64,000 nucleotides of DNA from Clostridia bacterium (GTDB taxonomy: Bacteria; Bacillota; Clostridia; Oscillospirales; CAG-272): the NCBI GenBank assembly GCA_017462035.1, contig JAFTRY010000013.1, forward strand, positions 425-64,424, written 5' to 3'. The position numbers were made by a program, and so were the translations under genes. The notes beneath the pieces were generated by a model that was not told the origin of the DNA, did no database searches, and saw only the letters and a list, made by a program, of their open reading frames with translations. This document shows positions 29,539 through 38,923 of the stretch, one piece after another. Position 1 is the stretch's first letter. Every line of letters starts with the position of its first letter.

Positions 29539-30975
29539 TCAACACATCCTTATCAGCCGAATATAAAACTCAACAGCTTTGGCTACTGCTTCCGTTCGGA
29601 TTCGTTCGTTGTTTCCGTGAATGGTGGCGCGCTCCTCACTTGTGAGCTCCATGGCAGAGAAGCGGTATACTCTGTCGGAAATTTTGCCCCAATGGCGGGA
29701 GTCGGAGCACTGAACCATCAGATAGGGGGAAACGATGCATCCTCGCCAGGTGGAGCCAACGGCAGAGGCTACCTTCTCCCAACCCTCGCAATCGGTGCGG
29801 GAGATGCGGCTGGGGTTCATACCGCGGAGACAGGAGATCTCAACCCGTTCATCTCCCACTATTTTTCGGATATAGGAAAGGGCGGAATCCATATCGTCGT
29901 CGGGATTCAGACGGATATTGGATACCATGGCGGCGGTAGGAGGGATAACGTTGGAGGCATCAGAGCCTTGCGCCTGGGTAAACGCCACGGTGGTTCTCAT
30001 GAGAGCGTTCATCTCGCCGCCCTTTTTACAGATCATATTCAGAATGGGAAGAAACAGCTTAATATTGGCAAAAATAATTCTGTATCCGAAGGAGGAATGC
30101 CGCCCCAAGGTGTCGAACATCTTTGCCACAGGGGGCGTGAGGTGACAGGGAAAGGGCTTTTTGAGAAGTCTTATACAGGATTTGGATAAGAGGTCAATGG
30201 GGGCGTTGGGCTTGGGAGCGGACGCATGTCCGCCGTTGGATGTTACCGTATATTGTACGTCCATCATACCTTTTTCTGCGATTCCGATCAGACCGCAGGC
30301 GGCATTAACTCCGGGAAACACATTTTTTACCACGGCACCGCCCTCGTCCAGGACAAAGGAGGGATGAATTTCATGCTTCTCGAAATAGTCAACAATGTGT
30401 ACCGCGCCCATTCCGTTGACCTCCTCGCCGCCGGAAAAGGCGAAATATATATCTTGTTCGGGAGTAAATCCTCGATGGATCAAATGGTCGGCAGCACTGA
30501 GAATGCCGTTGAAGGTCACCTTTGTGTCCAAGGTTCCCCGTCCCCACACGCATCCGTCTTTCAGAATCGCCTCGAAGGGAGGAAGCTCCCACGCCTTCTC
30601 ATCGGCGGGCACTACGTCGTAGTGTGCCATCATCACGGCAGGCATTTCCTCCTTCTTGCCCCGCCAGCGAAAGAGTAGGGCACGGTCTGGAAGCTGTTGA
30701 AATTCACAGGTTTCAAACACGTGAGGATAAAGCTGGGGCAGAGAACGGATCAGCTCATCAAACTCTCGATCGTCTTCCCGATTTTTGTCACGGTAGGAGA
30801 CGGTTTTAAAGCGCACCAGTGTCCGCAAATTTTCAACGGTTCTTTCCTGATCAAAGGCTTCTACTCTATCTGCGATTCGTGGGTGCTTCGTGGGTTTGAA
30901 CATAGCCGCTCTTAGAATCATCACTGCCACAAAGATTACGAGAGACAAAGGAATTAGCATGAAAAGCCAAGTCAT
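29539..30975 (-). CDS. M20-family metallopeptidase with N-terminal membrane anchor
   Basis: MMAHYDVVP, WGRGTLDTK and GGEEV motifs. TM helix at the N-terminus. Confidence 0.8.
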   Translation of the reverse strand: MTWLFMLIPLSLVIFVAVMILRAAMFKPTKHPRIADRVEAFDQERTVENLRTLVRFKTVSYRDKNREDDREFDELIRSLPQLYPHVFETCEFQQLPDRALLFRWRGKKEEMPAVMMAHYDVVPADEKAWELPPFEAILKDGCVWGRGTLDTKVTFNGILSAADHLIHRGFTPEQDIYFAFSGGEEVNGMGAVHIVDYFEKHEIHPSFVLDEGGAVVKNVFPGVNAACGLIGIAEKGMMDVQYTVTSNGGHASAPKPNAPIDLLSKSCIRLLKKPFPCHLTPPVAKMFDTLGRHSSFGYRIIFANIKLFLPILNMICKKGGEMNALMRTTVAFTQAQGSDASNVIPPTAAMVSNIRLNPDDDMDSALSYIRKIVGDERVEISCLRGMNPSRISRTDCEGWEKVASAVGSTWRGCIVSPYLMVQCSDSRHWGKISDRVYRFSAMELTSEERATIHGNNERIRTEAVAKAVEFYIRLIRMC

Positions 30976-31246
30976 AGATCATATACTCCTTCCTACGTAA
31001 AATTCTTGAAGAGAACGCCGTAATGACCGTTTCCGTGAGATCCAATGCCGGCATTTAGGTGTTCCGCGCGGAAACGAAAAACGGCATGGCGTTATTGTCC
31101 TTCTTGAAACGCTATGATCATTATATCATGAATGCCCGAATTTTACAAGTCGAAATCATCTGTTTTGCTTCGTGGCGAAAAAATAACAAAGTCTTGCAAG
31201 GAGGGTTATATTTTACGCATTTCTTTTATAAATTTCCCAATTCATC

Positions 31247-31275
31247 TTGATTTGAAGCGGTGACCTTGCTATAAT
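31247..31275 (+). promoter_or_regulatory. Sigma-70 promoter
   Basis: TTGATT, 17-nt spacer, TATAAT. Confidence 0.55.
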
Positions 31276-31351
31276 GTAGACGATGTCGATTTCTATGGCG
31301 GAGCTCGATTGATCTTGGGCAGATAACTCACGACTGAAAGGAGCCAATTTT

Positions 31352-32485
31352 ATGAATCTTAATAACCAAATAGACAGCACGGCGTACTTGCAATCCTTGT
31401 TGGATCAGCGGGGGGAAGTGAAGATTCCCGGCGGTGTGTATACCATTTCTCAAACCTTGATTATTTACGACAACACGAAATTGTCTCTTGCTTTTGACGC
31501 GGTAATTCGTCTCGCTGACGGAGCCAACTGCGTGATGCTGAGAAATCAGGCTTGCCAGACTACGGGCAAGAACCGCAATATTCTCGTGGAGGGCGGTACC
31601 TGGGACGGAAATAACAGAGGACAGGCTCCCGATACCAAGCCCGAGGGAAAACCCTATTACTTTGGGGTGATTCTTCGATTCCAGGAGGTTGAGGATCTGA
31701 CGATCCGTGACGTGACCGTAAAGGACCCTTGCCGCTACGCCATGCAGATCATGCATGCGGATCGTTTTACTGTGGACAATATTACCTTTGATTACAATAT
31801 GTATCAGAAGTGTATGGACGGTGTTCACGTGCAGGGTTGGGCAAGGAACGGAATGATCCGCAATATCAAGGGGGCTACCAATGACGACCTAGTTGCCCTG
31901 AACTGTGACGATTACTACGACGACGGAGAGAAGAGAAGCATCAGCCAGGGAGATATTGAAAACGTGGTGGTGGATGGCTTATATGCCGACAATGGGTATA
32001 CCGCTGTTCGTCTGCTCTCCTGCGGAAGCCGCATGAGAAACGTAAAGATCCGAAACGTGTTTGGTACCTACCGCTTGTACGGTGTGTCCTTTACCCAGCA
32101 CGATATTGTTCCCGGAGCACCTGTTTGGTTTGACAATATTGACATTGACGGTATATATTGTGCCAAGCAGCCTCAGGATCCTCCGGTGGATCCCAAATTC
32201 ATTAACGGAATTGACAACTACTATTCAAAGGGCAGTCATGATCGGAATATTCGGAGAAGTCCCATTATTTGGTTTGCCAGAGGGGTCACCTGCGGCAACG
32301 TATCGATTGTCAACGTTCACCGGGATGAGGAGACGGTGACCGAGGCAAATACCATTAAGATCGACCCGAACGTCCGGATCGAAAAGTTGCTCCTACAGAA
32401 TATTACGCAACGATTTCACAATTGTCCCGAGGTTCCGCTCATAAGGAACGAAGGGGACGTTGAAAACTTAATTGAATTGGCATAA
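31352..32485 (+). CDS. Right-handed beta-helix (pectate-lyase-superfamily / GH28-like) protein
   Basis: N-terminus STAYLQSLLDQRGEVKIPGGVYTISQTL and repetitive beta-helix turns (DGVHVQG, NDDLVALN). Confidence 0.6.
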   Translation: MNLNNQIDSTAYLQSLLDQRGEVKIPGGVYTISQTLIIYDNTKLSLAFDAVIRLADGANCVMLRNQACQTTGKNRNILVEGGTWDGNNRGQAPDTKPEGKPYYFGVILRFQEVEDLTIRDVTVKDPCRYAMQIMHADRFTVDNITFDYNMYQKCMDGVHVQGWARNGMIRNIKGATNDDLVALNCDDYYDDGEKRSISQGDIENVVVDGLYADNGYTAVRLLSCGSRMRNVKIRNVFGTYRLYGVSFTQHDIVPGAPVWFDNIDIDGIYCAKQPQDPPVDPKFINGIDNYYSKGSHDRNIRRSPIIWFARGVTCGNVSIVNVHRDEETVTEANTIKIDPNVRIEKLLLQNITQRFHNCPEVPLIRNEGDVENLIELA

Positions 32486-32487
32486 GG

Positions 32488-32528
32488 AAAAAACAGCTGC
32501 CTTACAATGGGTAAGACAGCTGTTTTTT
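32488..32528. terminator. Bidirectional terminator
   Basis: AAAAACAGCTGCCTTAC / GTAAGACAGCTGTTTTTT. Confidence 0.7.
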
Positions 32529-32542
32529 ATTATTTGTTGTGC

Positions 32543-33451
32543 TCAGATCGAGTCAATATACCGACAGGCGGCAAGGGCGGCAACGGCACCGTCCGCTGTG
32601 GCGGTGGTGATCTGACGAACACTCTTGGTTCGGCAATCTCCGGCAACAAAAATGCCCGGGGTACGGGTCAGACAGGACTCGTCCGCCATGACGTATCCCG
32701 CCTCATTCAGAGCGGCAACGTCGGCGAAAGGCTCATTTTCGGGTTGTTGACCGATGGCAACGAACAAGCCGTCCGCAGAGATGGCATAATCCATTTCCAG
32801 CTTACTGTTGTGTAGAACAATCTCCTTCAGTTCCTCCTCGCCCACAAGCTCGGTGACAACTGTGTCGTATACCATGGAGACATTGTCTTTCGCTGAGAGC
32901 GCGGTGACCAGCTTAGCTTCTCCGGTCATGAAAGAGAGATTTTGGATGATGGTTACGTGAGTGCAATATTCGCTGAGCATCATTGCCTCCTGAAGTGCTG
33001 TGTTTCCGCCTCCAACCACGGCAACCGACTTGCCGCTGAAAAAGGCACCGTCACATACGGCACAATAGGAAACGCCCTTTCCAACCAGCTCGTCTTCGTT
33101 GGGAAGTCCCAAATGGCGGTGCTTGGAGCCGGCGGCAATGATGACCGCCTTCGCCTCAAATTCGCCCTGATCGGTAACCACAGTCTTTTTCTCTCCTCCG
33201 TCTTGGATTGCCGTAACCTCAGCAAGCTCGATTTCGGCACCGTGCTCCATGACCTGATCCAGCATCATCTGAGCCAGTTCGCTTCCGCTTACCTTCATGA
33301 GAGTGGGGTAATTTTCTACCTGGGGCGAATAGGTGATCTGACCTCCAAAATTTTCTTTTTCGATTAAGAGAACTGATTTATCCGCTCTTCTCGCGTACAG
33401 GGCAGCCGTCATTCCGGCGGGTCCCGCTCCGACAATTATGATATCGTACAT
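32543..33451 (-). CDS. trxB: Thioredoxin-disulfide reductase
   Basis: MYDIIIVGAGPAGMTAALY, redox CAVCDG, GGGNTALQEA. Confidence 0.9.
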   Translation of the reverse strand: MYDIIIVGAGPAGMTAALYARRADKSVLLIEKENFGGQITYSPQVENYPTLMKVSGSELAQMMLDQVMEHGAEIELAEVTAIQDGGEKKTVVTDQGEFEAKAVIIAAGSKHRHLGLPNEDELVGKGVSYCAVCDGAFFSGKSVAVVGGGNTALQEAMMLSEYCTHVTIIQNLSFMTGEAKLVTALSAKDNVSMVYDTVVTELVGEEELKEIVLHNSKLEMDYAISADGLFVAIGQQPENEPFADVAALNEAGYVMADESCLTRTPGIFVAGDCRTKSVRQITTATADGAVAALAACRYIDSI

Positions 33452-33486
33452 AGAATGTCCTTTCATGTATTTGAATTCACGAAACG

Positions 33487-33525
33487 AAGGCATTGCCGGT
33501 AAATAGGGATTTCCGGCAATGCCTT
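33487..33525 (-). terminator. Strong hairpin between nrdD and trxB, possibly a partial terminator
   Basis: 13-bp perfect stem AAGGCATTGCCGG / CCGGCAATGCCTT. The T-run is weak. Confidence 0.45.
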
Positions 33526-33565
33526 GTTTAGCATTTGCGATTTTCCTTCAATGGATTCCGGAAAA

Positions 33566-36022
33566 TTATGCCTTAATGGAATCTACGAATTTACGGATAT
33601 TGGAGACGTTTTCGATCTTCATCACCGTTCCGTTTGTAATATGGATCAGAGTAGGCGCCTGCTTGATTCCAAAGCGGCTGACCTGGTCGGGAGCTTCGTC
33701 CGCATAGACCTTTGCGTAAGCGATACCTGCCTCGGAGAGGAAGCGCTCAGCCATCTTACAGTTGGGGCAAGTGCGGGTAGCAAAGAGCCAGGTCTGGGTT
33801 CCTTCCATGGTGATCACGGGAGATGCCACGGCGGTGTCCACCGTTTCCTCAGCCTCGCATACGCAGGGCTCCTCCACGGGTACGCTTACGGGAGCTTCCG
33901 CTACGGGAGTACCCACCTCACCGCAGCTCAGATCGGCATGCTTTTCCATAGAGGATGCGATGTTGTAGAGCTTACGGTTCTTATATTCCTCGGACTTACC
34001 GTCGTTCCAGTTCTGAACGGGTCGGTAGTAACCGGTAATACGGCTGTAAACCTCGGTCTTTTCGCCGCAGAAGGGACAGGTGAACTTCTCCCCGGCGATA
34101 TATCCGTGTGCCTTACATACGGAGTAGGTAGGAGACAGGGTATAGTAGGGAAGCTTGTAGTTCTCCGCAATCTTGCGAACCAGGGTAGCCGCCGACTTCC
34201 AGTCGGGAAGCTTCTCGCCTAGGAATGCGTGGAATACGGTACCGGAGGTGTAGAGGGTCTGCAGCTCGTCCTGGATGTCCAGAGCCTCGAAAATATCCTC
34301 GGTATAGCCAACAGGCAGGTGAGAGGAGTTGGTGTAGTAGGGGGTGTTGCCCTTTTCGGAGGCGGTGATGATGGCGGGGAATCTCTTTACGTCGTGCTTT
34401 GCCAGACGGTAAGAGGTAGACTCGGCGGGAGTTGCCTCCAGGTTATAGAGGTCGCCGTACTTTTCCTGGTAATCGGACAGACGCTCTCTCATGTGGTTGA
34501 GTACGTCCTTGGTGAACTGCTGTGCCTCAACGGTGGTGAGATCCTTGCGGACCCAGTTCGCGTTGAGACATGCCTCGTTCATACCAACGAGACCGATGGT
34601 GGAGAAGTGATTGTCAAAGGTTCCCAGGTAACGCTTGGTGTAGGGATACAGACCCTCATCCAGCAGCTTGGTGATGACGGTACGCTTGATCTTCAGAGAA
34701 CGAGCGGCGATGTCCATCTTATGATCCAGTCTCTCGTAGAAATCAGCCTCGTTTTCAGCCAGGTACGCGATACGGGGAACGTTGATGGTAACTACGCCCA
34801 CAGAACCCGTGCTTTCACCGCTTCCGAAGAAGCCACCCGACTTCTTGCGAAGCTCACGAAGATCCAGACGGAGACGGCAGCACATACTTCTGACGTCGCT
34901 GGGCTCCATGTCGCTGTTGATGTAGTTGGAGAAGTAGGGAGTACCGTACTTGGAGGTCATCTCGAACAGCAGACGGTTGTTTTCGGTATCGGACCAGTCA
35001 AAGTTGGAGGTGATGGAGTAGGTGGGGATGGGATACTGGAATCCGCGTCCGTTGGCGTCACCCTCGATCATGGTCTCGATGAACGCCTTGTTGATCATAT
35101 CCATCTCGCGCTTACAATCCTTGTACTTGAAGTTCATCTCCTTGCCGCCCACGATGGCATTCAGCTCAGCGAGGTCAGCGGGAACGACCCAGTCCAGCGT
35201 GATGTTGGAGAAGGGTGCCTGCGTACCCCAACGGGAGGGCGTGTTCACACCGAAGATAAAGGATTCAATGCACTTCTTGACCTGGTCATAGGACAGGTTG
35301 TCTACCTTTACAAAGGGGGCAAGGTATGTATCGAAGGAGGAGAATGCCTGCGCGCCTGCCCACTCATTCTGCATGATGCCGAGGAAGTTGACCATCTGGT
35401 TACACAAAGTAGCCAGGTGACTGGCGGGGGCGGAGGTGATCTTGCCCGTTACACCGCCCAAGCCCTCCTGGATCAGCTGCTTCAGGGACCAACCCGCACA
35501 GTAACCGGTGAGCATAGAGAGGTCGTGGATGTGGATGTCTGCATTGCGGTGAGCGTTGGCGATCTCCTCATCGTAAATTTCGGAAAGCCAATAGTTTGCG
35601 GTAATGGCACCCGAGTTGCTTAAGATCAGACCGCCTACCGAGTAGGTAACCGTAGAGTTTTCCTTGACACGCCAGTCAATGTTCTTTACGTAGCTGTCCA
35701 CGATATCCTTGTAGTCCAGAATGGTGGACTTCATGTTACGCAGCTTTTCTCTCTGCTTTCTGTACAGAATGTAAGCCTTGGCAACGTCGGCGTAGCCCGC
35801 CTGTACCAGTACTGCCTCCACGCTGTCCTGAATATCCTCCACTGCGATCAAGCCTTCCTTGATCTTGGGTTCAAAATCCGCGGTGACCTTCAGAGACAAA
35901 AAGTCGATCACGGAGGGATGGAACTGTTTTTCTTGGGCTTCAAAAGCCAGCTTGATGGCATAGGTGATCTTGGAGAGATCAAAATCAATTACCTTGCCGT
36001 CACGTTTTAAGACCTGATACAT
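33566..36022 (-). CDS. nrdD: Anaerobic ribonucleoside-triphosphate reductase (class III) with C-terminal thioredoxin/glutaredoxin-like domain
   Basis: ATP-cone N-terminus, SMCCRLRLD, Zn ribbon CPFCG and glycyl-radical motif SRITGYYRP. An extra ~130 aa follows, ending in a CPNC thioredoxin-fold domain. Confidence 0.92.
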   Translation of the reverse strand: MYQVLKRDGKVIDFDLSKITYAIKLAFEAQEKQFHPSVIDFLSLKVTADFEPKIKEGLIAVEDIQDSVEAVLVQAGYADVAKAYILYRKQREKLRNMKSTILDYKDIVDSYVKNIDWRVKENSTVTYSVGGLILSNSGAITANYWLSEIYDEEIANAHRNADIHIHDLSMLTGYCAGWSLKQLIQEGLGGVTGKITSAPASHLATLCNQMVNFLGIMQNEWAGAQAFSSFDTYLAPFVKVDNLSYDQVKKCIESFIFGVNTPSRWGTQAPFSNITLDWVVPADLAELNAIVGGKEMNFKYKDCKREMDMINKAFIETMIEGDANGRGFQYPIPTYSITSNFDWSDTENNRLLFEMTSKYGTPYFSNYINSDMEPSDVRSMCCRLRLDLRELRKKSGGFFGSGESTGSVGVVTINVPRIAYLAENEADFYERLDHKMDIAARSLKIKRTVITKLLDEGLYPYTKRYLGTFDNHFSTIGLVGMNEACLNANWVRKDLTTVEAQQFTKDVLNHMRERLSDYQEKYGDLYNLEATPAESTSYRLAKHDVKRFPAIITASEKGNTPYYTNSSHLPVGYTEDIFEALDIQDELQTLYTSGTVFHAFLGEKLPDWKSAATLVRKIAENYKLPYYTLSPTYSVCKAHGYIAGEKFTCPFCGEKTEVYSRITGYYRPVQNWNDGKSEEYKNRKLYNIASSMEKHADLSCGEVGTPVAEAPVSVPVEEPCVCEAEETVDTAVASPVITMEGTQTWLFATRTCPNCKMAERFLSEAGIAYAKVYADEAPDQVSRFGIKQAPTLIHITNGTVMKIENVSNIRKFVDSIKA

Positions 36023-36062
36023 GAGATTCTCCTTTTTTGATTACATATTTTTCAGCATATAT

Positions 36063-36091
36063 AGTATAAAACAAAATCAGACGTTTGTCAA
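36063..36091 (-). promoter_or_regulatory. Promoter of nrdD
   Basis: Minus strand reads TTGACA, 17-nt spacer, TATACT. Confidence 0.6.
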
Positions 36092-36101
36092 TTGTGAGTT
36101 G

Positions 36102-36149
36102 TTACAATATATTGGGTCGAAGATTGGAGAATATCACAATATCTTGTAT
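36102..36149. promoter_or_regulatory. Two NrdR-box-like palindromes
   Basis: TTACAATATATTGGGT (36102-36117) and TCACAATATCTTGTAT (36134-36149). Each matches 13 of 16 positions of the NrdR-box consensus acaCwAtATaTwGtgt. Their starts are 32 bp apart. Confidence 0.6.
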
Positions 36150-36178
36150 GTTTTTTGCTGAATTTGCTACATATAGAA

Positions 36179-36868
36179 TCATATGCCGCGAAGGCGCGCG
36201 GAGGGGACGAGAGTCTGTATCTCGGGGAGAAACGCTCTCGTTTCTTCCTCGGAATAGGCGGAAAGCCCCGTTCCGATGAGATCCCCGGAATCGGTAAAGC
36301 TCTGGAGAAAGTATCTTTCAGCTCCCCGAATGATTGTTGCCAGCTCCGTGAGACTTTCCTTTGTGTGAAGCTCACGGACTACCGTTGTGCGGAATTCGTA
36401 GGGAAGTCCGGAGGACATGATCAGACGGATACTTTCTTCGATTCCATCTGGCACGTGATCCAACCCACAGGTGATGGGATAAAGGGGAAGGGCGTTCTTG
36501 ATGTCCATGGCAATGTAATCCACAAGCCCCTCACTTAGCAAGCCGTTGAGCCGTTCTGGGAAGGAGCCGTTGGTATCCAACTTGACCAGAAGCCCAAGAT
36601 CATGAATCTTTCGGCAGAAGCGGGCAAGGTCGGGCTGAAGCAGAGGCTCGCCCCCCGTTACGCATACGCCGTCCAGAATACCTTTTCTTTTTTTTAGGTA
36701 AGAAAAGATCTCCTCCTCGGGAATGGTTTGCGCAGGATCTATGTGGGTCACGAGAGAGGCGTTGTGGCAGAAGGGACAACGAAAATTACAGCCTCCTGTG
36801 AATACGGTGCAGGCTACCTTTTCGGGAAAATCCAAAAGAGTTGTTTTTTGAAAGCCGTGAATCAACAT
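36179..36868 (-). CDS. nrdG: Anaerobic RNR activating protein (radical SAM)
   Basis: CNFRCPFCHN cluster motif plus GVCVTGGEPL. Confidence 0.9.
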   Translation of the reverse strand: MLIHGFQKTTLLDFPEKVACTVFTGGCNFRCPFCHNASLVTHIDPAQTIPEEEIFSYLKKRKGILDGVCVTGGEPLLQPDLARFCRKIHDLGLLVKLDTNGSFPERLNGLLSEGLVDYIAMDIKNALPLYPITCGLDHVPDGIEESIRLIMSSGLPYEFRTTVVRELHTKESLTELATIIRGAERYFLQSFTDSGDLIGTGLSAYSEEETRAFLPEIQTLVPSARLRGI

Positions 36869-36924
36869 AATTTTACCTTCTTTCTGTCATAATAATAGTA
36901 CCTACGAAACACCGGAGGAATGGT

Positions 36925-37944
36925 ATGAGTGTGTTTGATCTGTTGGATCTGCTTTTGGGTGTGGCACTTTTTTTATTTGGTATGCATTGTATGGGAGAGG
37001 CACTGCGCGAGAGTGCCGGTAACCGTCTGCATTACGTTTTGGAGACGCTGACGTCCAAATCTTGGCGTGGCTTTTTGTTTGGGGCGGCAGTCACCGCCGT
37101 CATTCAATCCTCTTCAGCGACCACAGTTATGGTGGTTGGCTTCGTCAATTCCGGGGTGATGAGCCTATCGCAGGCAGTGGGGGTGATTATTGGAGCTAAC
37201 GTTGGAACCTCCGTTACCTCTTGGATCACTGCTTTGTCAGGCATACGGGGAGGGGAATCAGTGGGAAGTCTGATGAGCTGGTTCAAGCCTTCCGCTTTTA
37301 CGCCAATCCTTGCCGTGCTTGGCATTGTCTTCTATATGTTCAGCCGACGGGGAAAACGCAGGAATCTCGGCTTGATCCTTCTTGGCTTTTCGGTTTTAAT
37401 GGTAGGAATGGATACGATGTCGGAGGCGGTATCGGTTCTGGAGGATCATGAAGGCTTTCGTTCCGTGTTGCTTTGGTTTGAAAATCCCATTCTCGGTGTT
37501 CTTGCCGGAATGATTTTGACCGCCATCGTGCAAAGCTCCTCCGCATCCATCGGGATCCTACAATCCTTTGCCGCCACGGGTGCCATCCGATTTGCCAACG
37601 CCGTCCCCATTATCATGGGGCAAAATATCGGAACCTGCGTGACCGCTCTGTTGGCATCTGCTCCGGCGGGAATCAACGCCAAGCGAGCATCCTGGATCCA
37701 TTTGAGCTTTAATGTGATTGGAACCGTTTTGGGACTTACAGCGTTTCTGATCATCCGCGCTCTCGGTCTCTTTTCCTTTTGGGAAGAACCCATCGATATG
37801 TGGGATATTGCAGCCACTCACACAGTATTCAATCTTGCGACGGCACTGATCCTGTTCCCATTTTGTTCGTCCCTTGAGCGTTTGGCATGCTTGGTGATCC
37901 GAGATCGAAAACAGGGTGACACAGACCGAAATTCTTCAAAATAG
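36925..37944 (+). CDS. Na/Pi cotransporter family protein (membrane domain only)
   Basis: Duplicated QSSSAT / QSSSAS repeat motifs typical of Na_Pi_cotrans. Ends right after the membrane domain. Confidence 0.8.
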   Translation: MSVFDLLDLLLGVALFLFGMHCMGEALRESAGNRLHYVLETLTSKSWRGFLFGAAVTAVIQSSSATTVMVVGFVNSGVMSLSQAVGVIIGANVGTSVTSWITALSGIRGGESVGSLMSWFKPSAFTPILAVLGIVFYMFSRRGKRRNLGLILLGFSVLMVGMDTMSEAVSVLEDHEGFRSVLLWFENPILGVLAGMILTAIVQSSSASIGILQSFAATGAIRFANAVPIIMGQNIGTCVTALLASAPAGINAKRASWIHLSFNVIGTVLGLTAFLIIRALGLFSFWEEPIDMWDIAATHTVFNLATALILFPFCSSLERLACLVIRDRKQGDTDRNSSK

Positions 37945-37977
37945 TTCATCACATTTACCTTTTTTTGCCTGTGATAC

Positions 37978-38006
37978 TTGATTTTTGGTGTTCGATGTGA
38001 TACAAT
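37978..38006 (+). promoter_or_regulatory. Sigma-70 promoter with extended -10
   Basis: TTGATT, 17-nt spacer, TGaTACAAT. Confidence 0.55.
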
Positions 38007-38033
38007 GAATGCATCAAACCATAGGAGATCAGG

Positions 38034-38915
38034 ATGAATATTGGTGAAAAAATAAAAAAACTTCGGACGGCGAAGCTAATGACTCAATCCGAGCTGGTGG
38101 GCAATGAGATTACTCGGAACATGCTCAGCCGTATTGAGCACGGTGCCGCCAATCCCTCTTTGGAGACCATCTGCTATATTGCCTCCCGTCTCAATGTTTC
38201 TCCCGGCTTTTTACTGGCGGAAGAGGGAGACGAGGAGATTTATTTCAAGCACAATGAGATCGTTGGCATTAAGAAGCTGTATCTGAACGAGGACTATCAG
38301 CTGTGCCGAGACATTTGCTTGCACGCTGAGAGTGCCCGGGACGACGAGATTCAGATGATCCTGGCGGAGTGCAATTTGGCGATTGCCGCGGAGGAATTTC
38401 ATAGGGGAAATTTAAGGGCTGCCTGTTCCTTTTTGGACGAGGCGGTGGAGTGTTGCGGAAGGACGATGTACCGCACCGATCATATTCCCGCCGCGGCAGG
38501 CTTGTATTTTCAATACATGCGGAGGATTTCCGCAACCCTTTCCTCCAACGTGATAGATGATGAAGAGGTGAATGTGTATCCCGCACTGACCGATGACTTT
38601 TGTCGATATGCGGCGGCATGGGAGGCGAGAGAGCAAGGGAACGAGCAGGCGGCGGATATCTTGATGAAGTTCAGCCGCAAGGATTGTCCCTATGTTCTCC
38701 ACTACGAGGCAAAGGCGTTGATGGAGACGGGGGTATACGATAAAGCTTATGAAAAGCTCCATGCTCTTCTGCGGGGAGATGATTCCTTGCCGGAACCGGT
38801 CCTTTATTTCGTTTTTTGCGATTTGGAGATCTGCTGTCGGGAGATCCAGGATTTCAAGGGCGCGTATGAGTACTCCATCGACAAAATGGAACTGGCGCAA
38901 AAGCTTTTGGCATAG
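38034..38915 (+). CDS. XRE-family HTH regulator with helical-repeat (TPR-like) C-terminal domain
   Basis: IKKLRTAKLMTQSELVGNEITRNMLSRIEHGAANPSLETICYIASRLNVS, followed by about 220 aa of helical sequence. Confidence 0.8.
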   Translation: MNIGEKIKKLRTAKLMTQSELVGNEITRNMLSRIEHGAANPSLETICYIASRLNVSPGFLLAEEGDEEIYFKHNEIVGIKKLYLNEDYQLCRDICLHAESARDDEIQMILAECNLAIAAEEFHRGNLRAACSFLDEAVECCGRTMYRTDHIPAAAGLYFQYMRRISATLSSNVIDDEEVNVYPALTDDFCRYAAAWEAREQGNEQAADILMKFSRKDCPYVLHYEAKALMETGVYDKAYEKLHALLRGDDSLPEPVLYFVFCDLEICCREIQDFKGAYEYSIDKMELAQKLLA

Positions 38916-38923
38916 GAGGCTGT

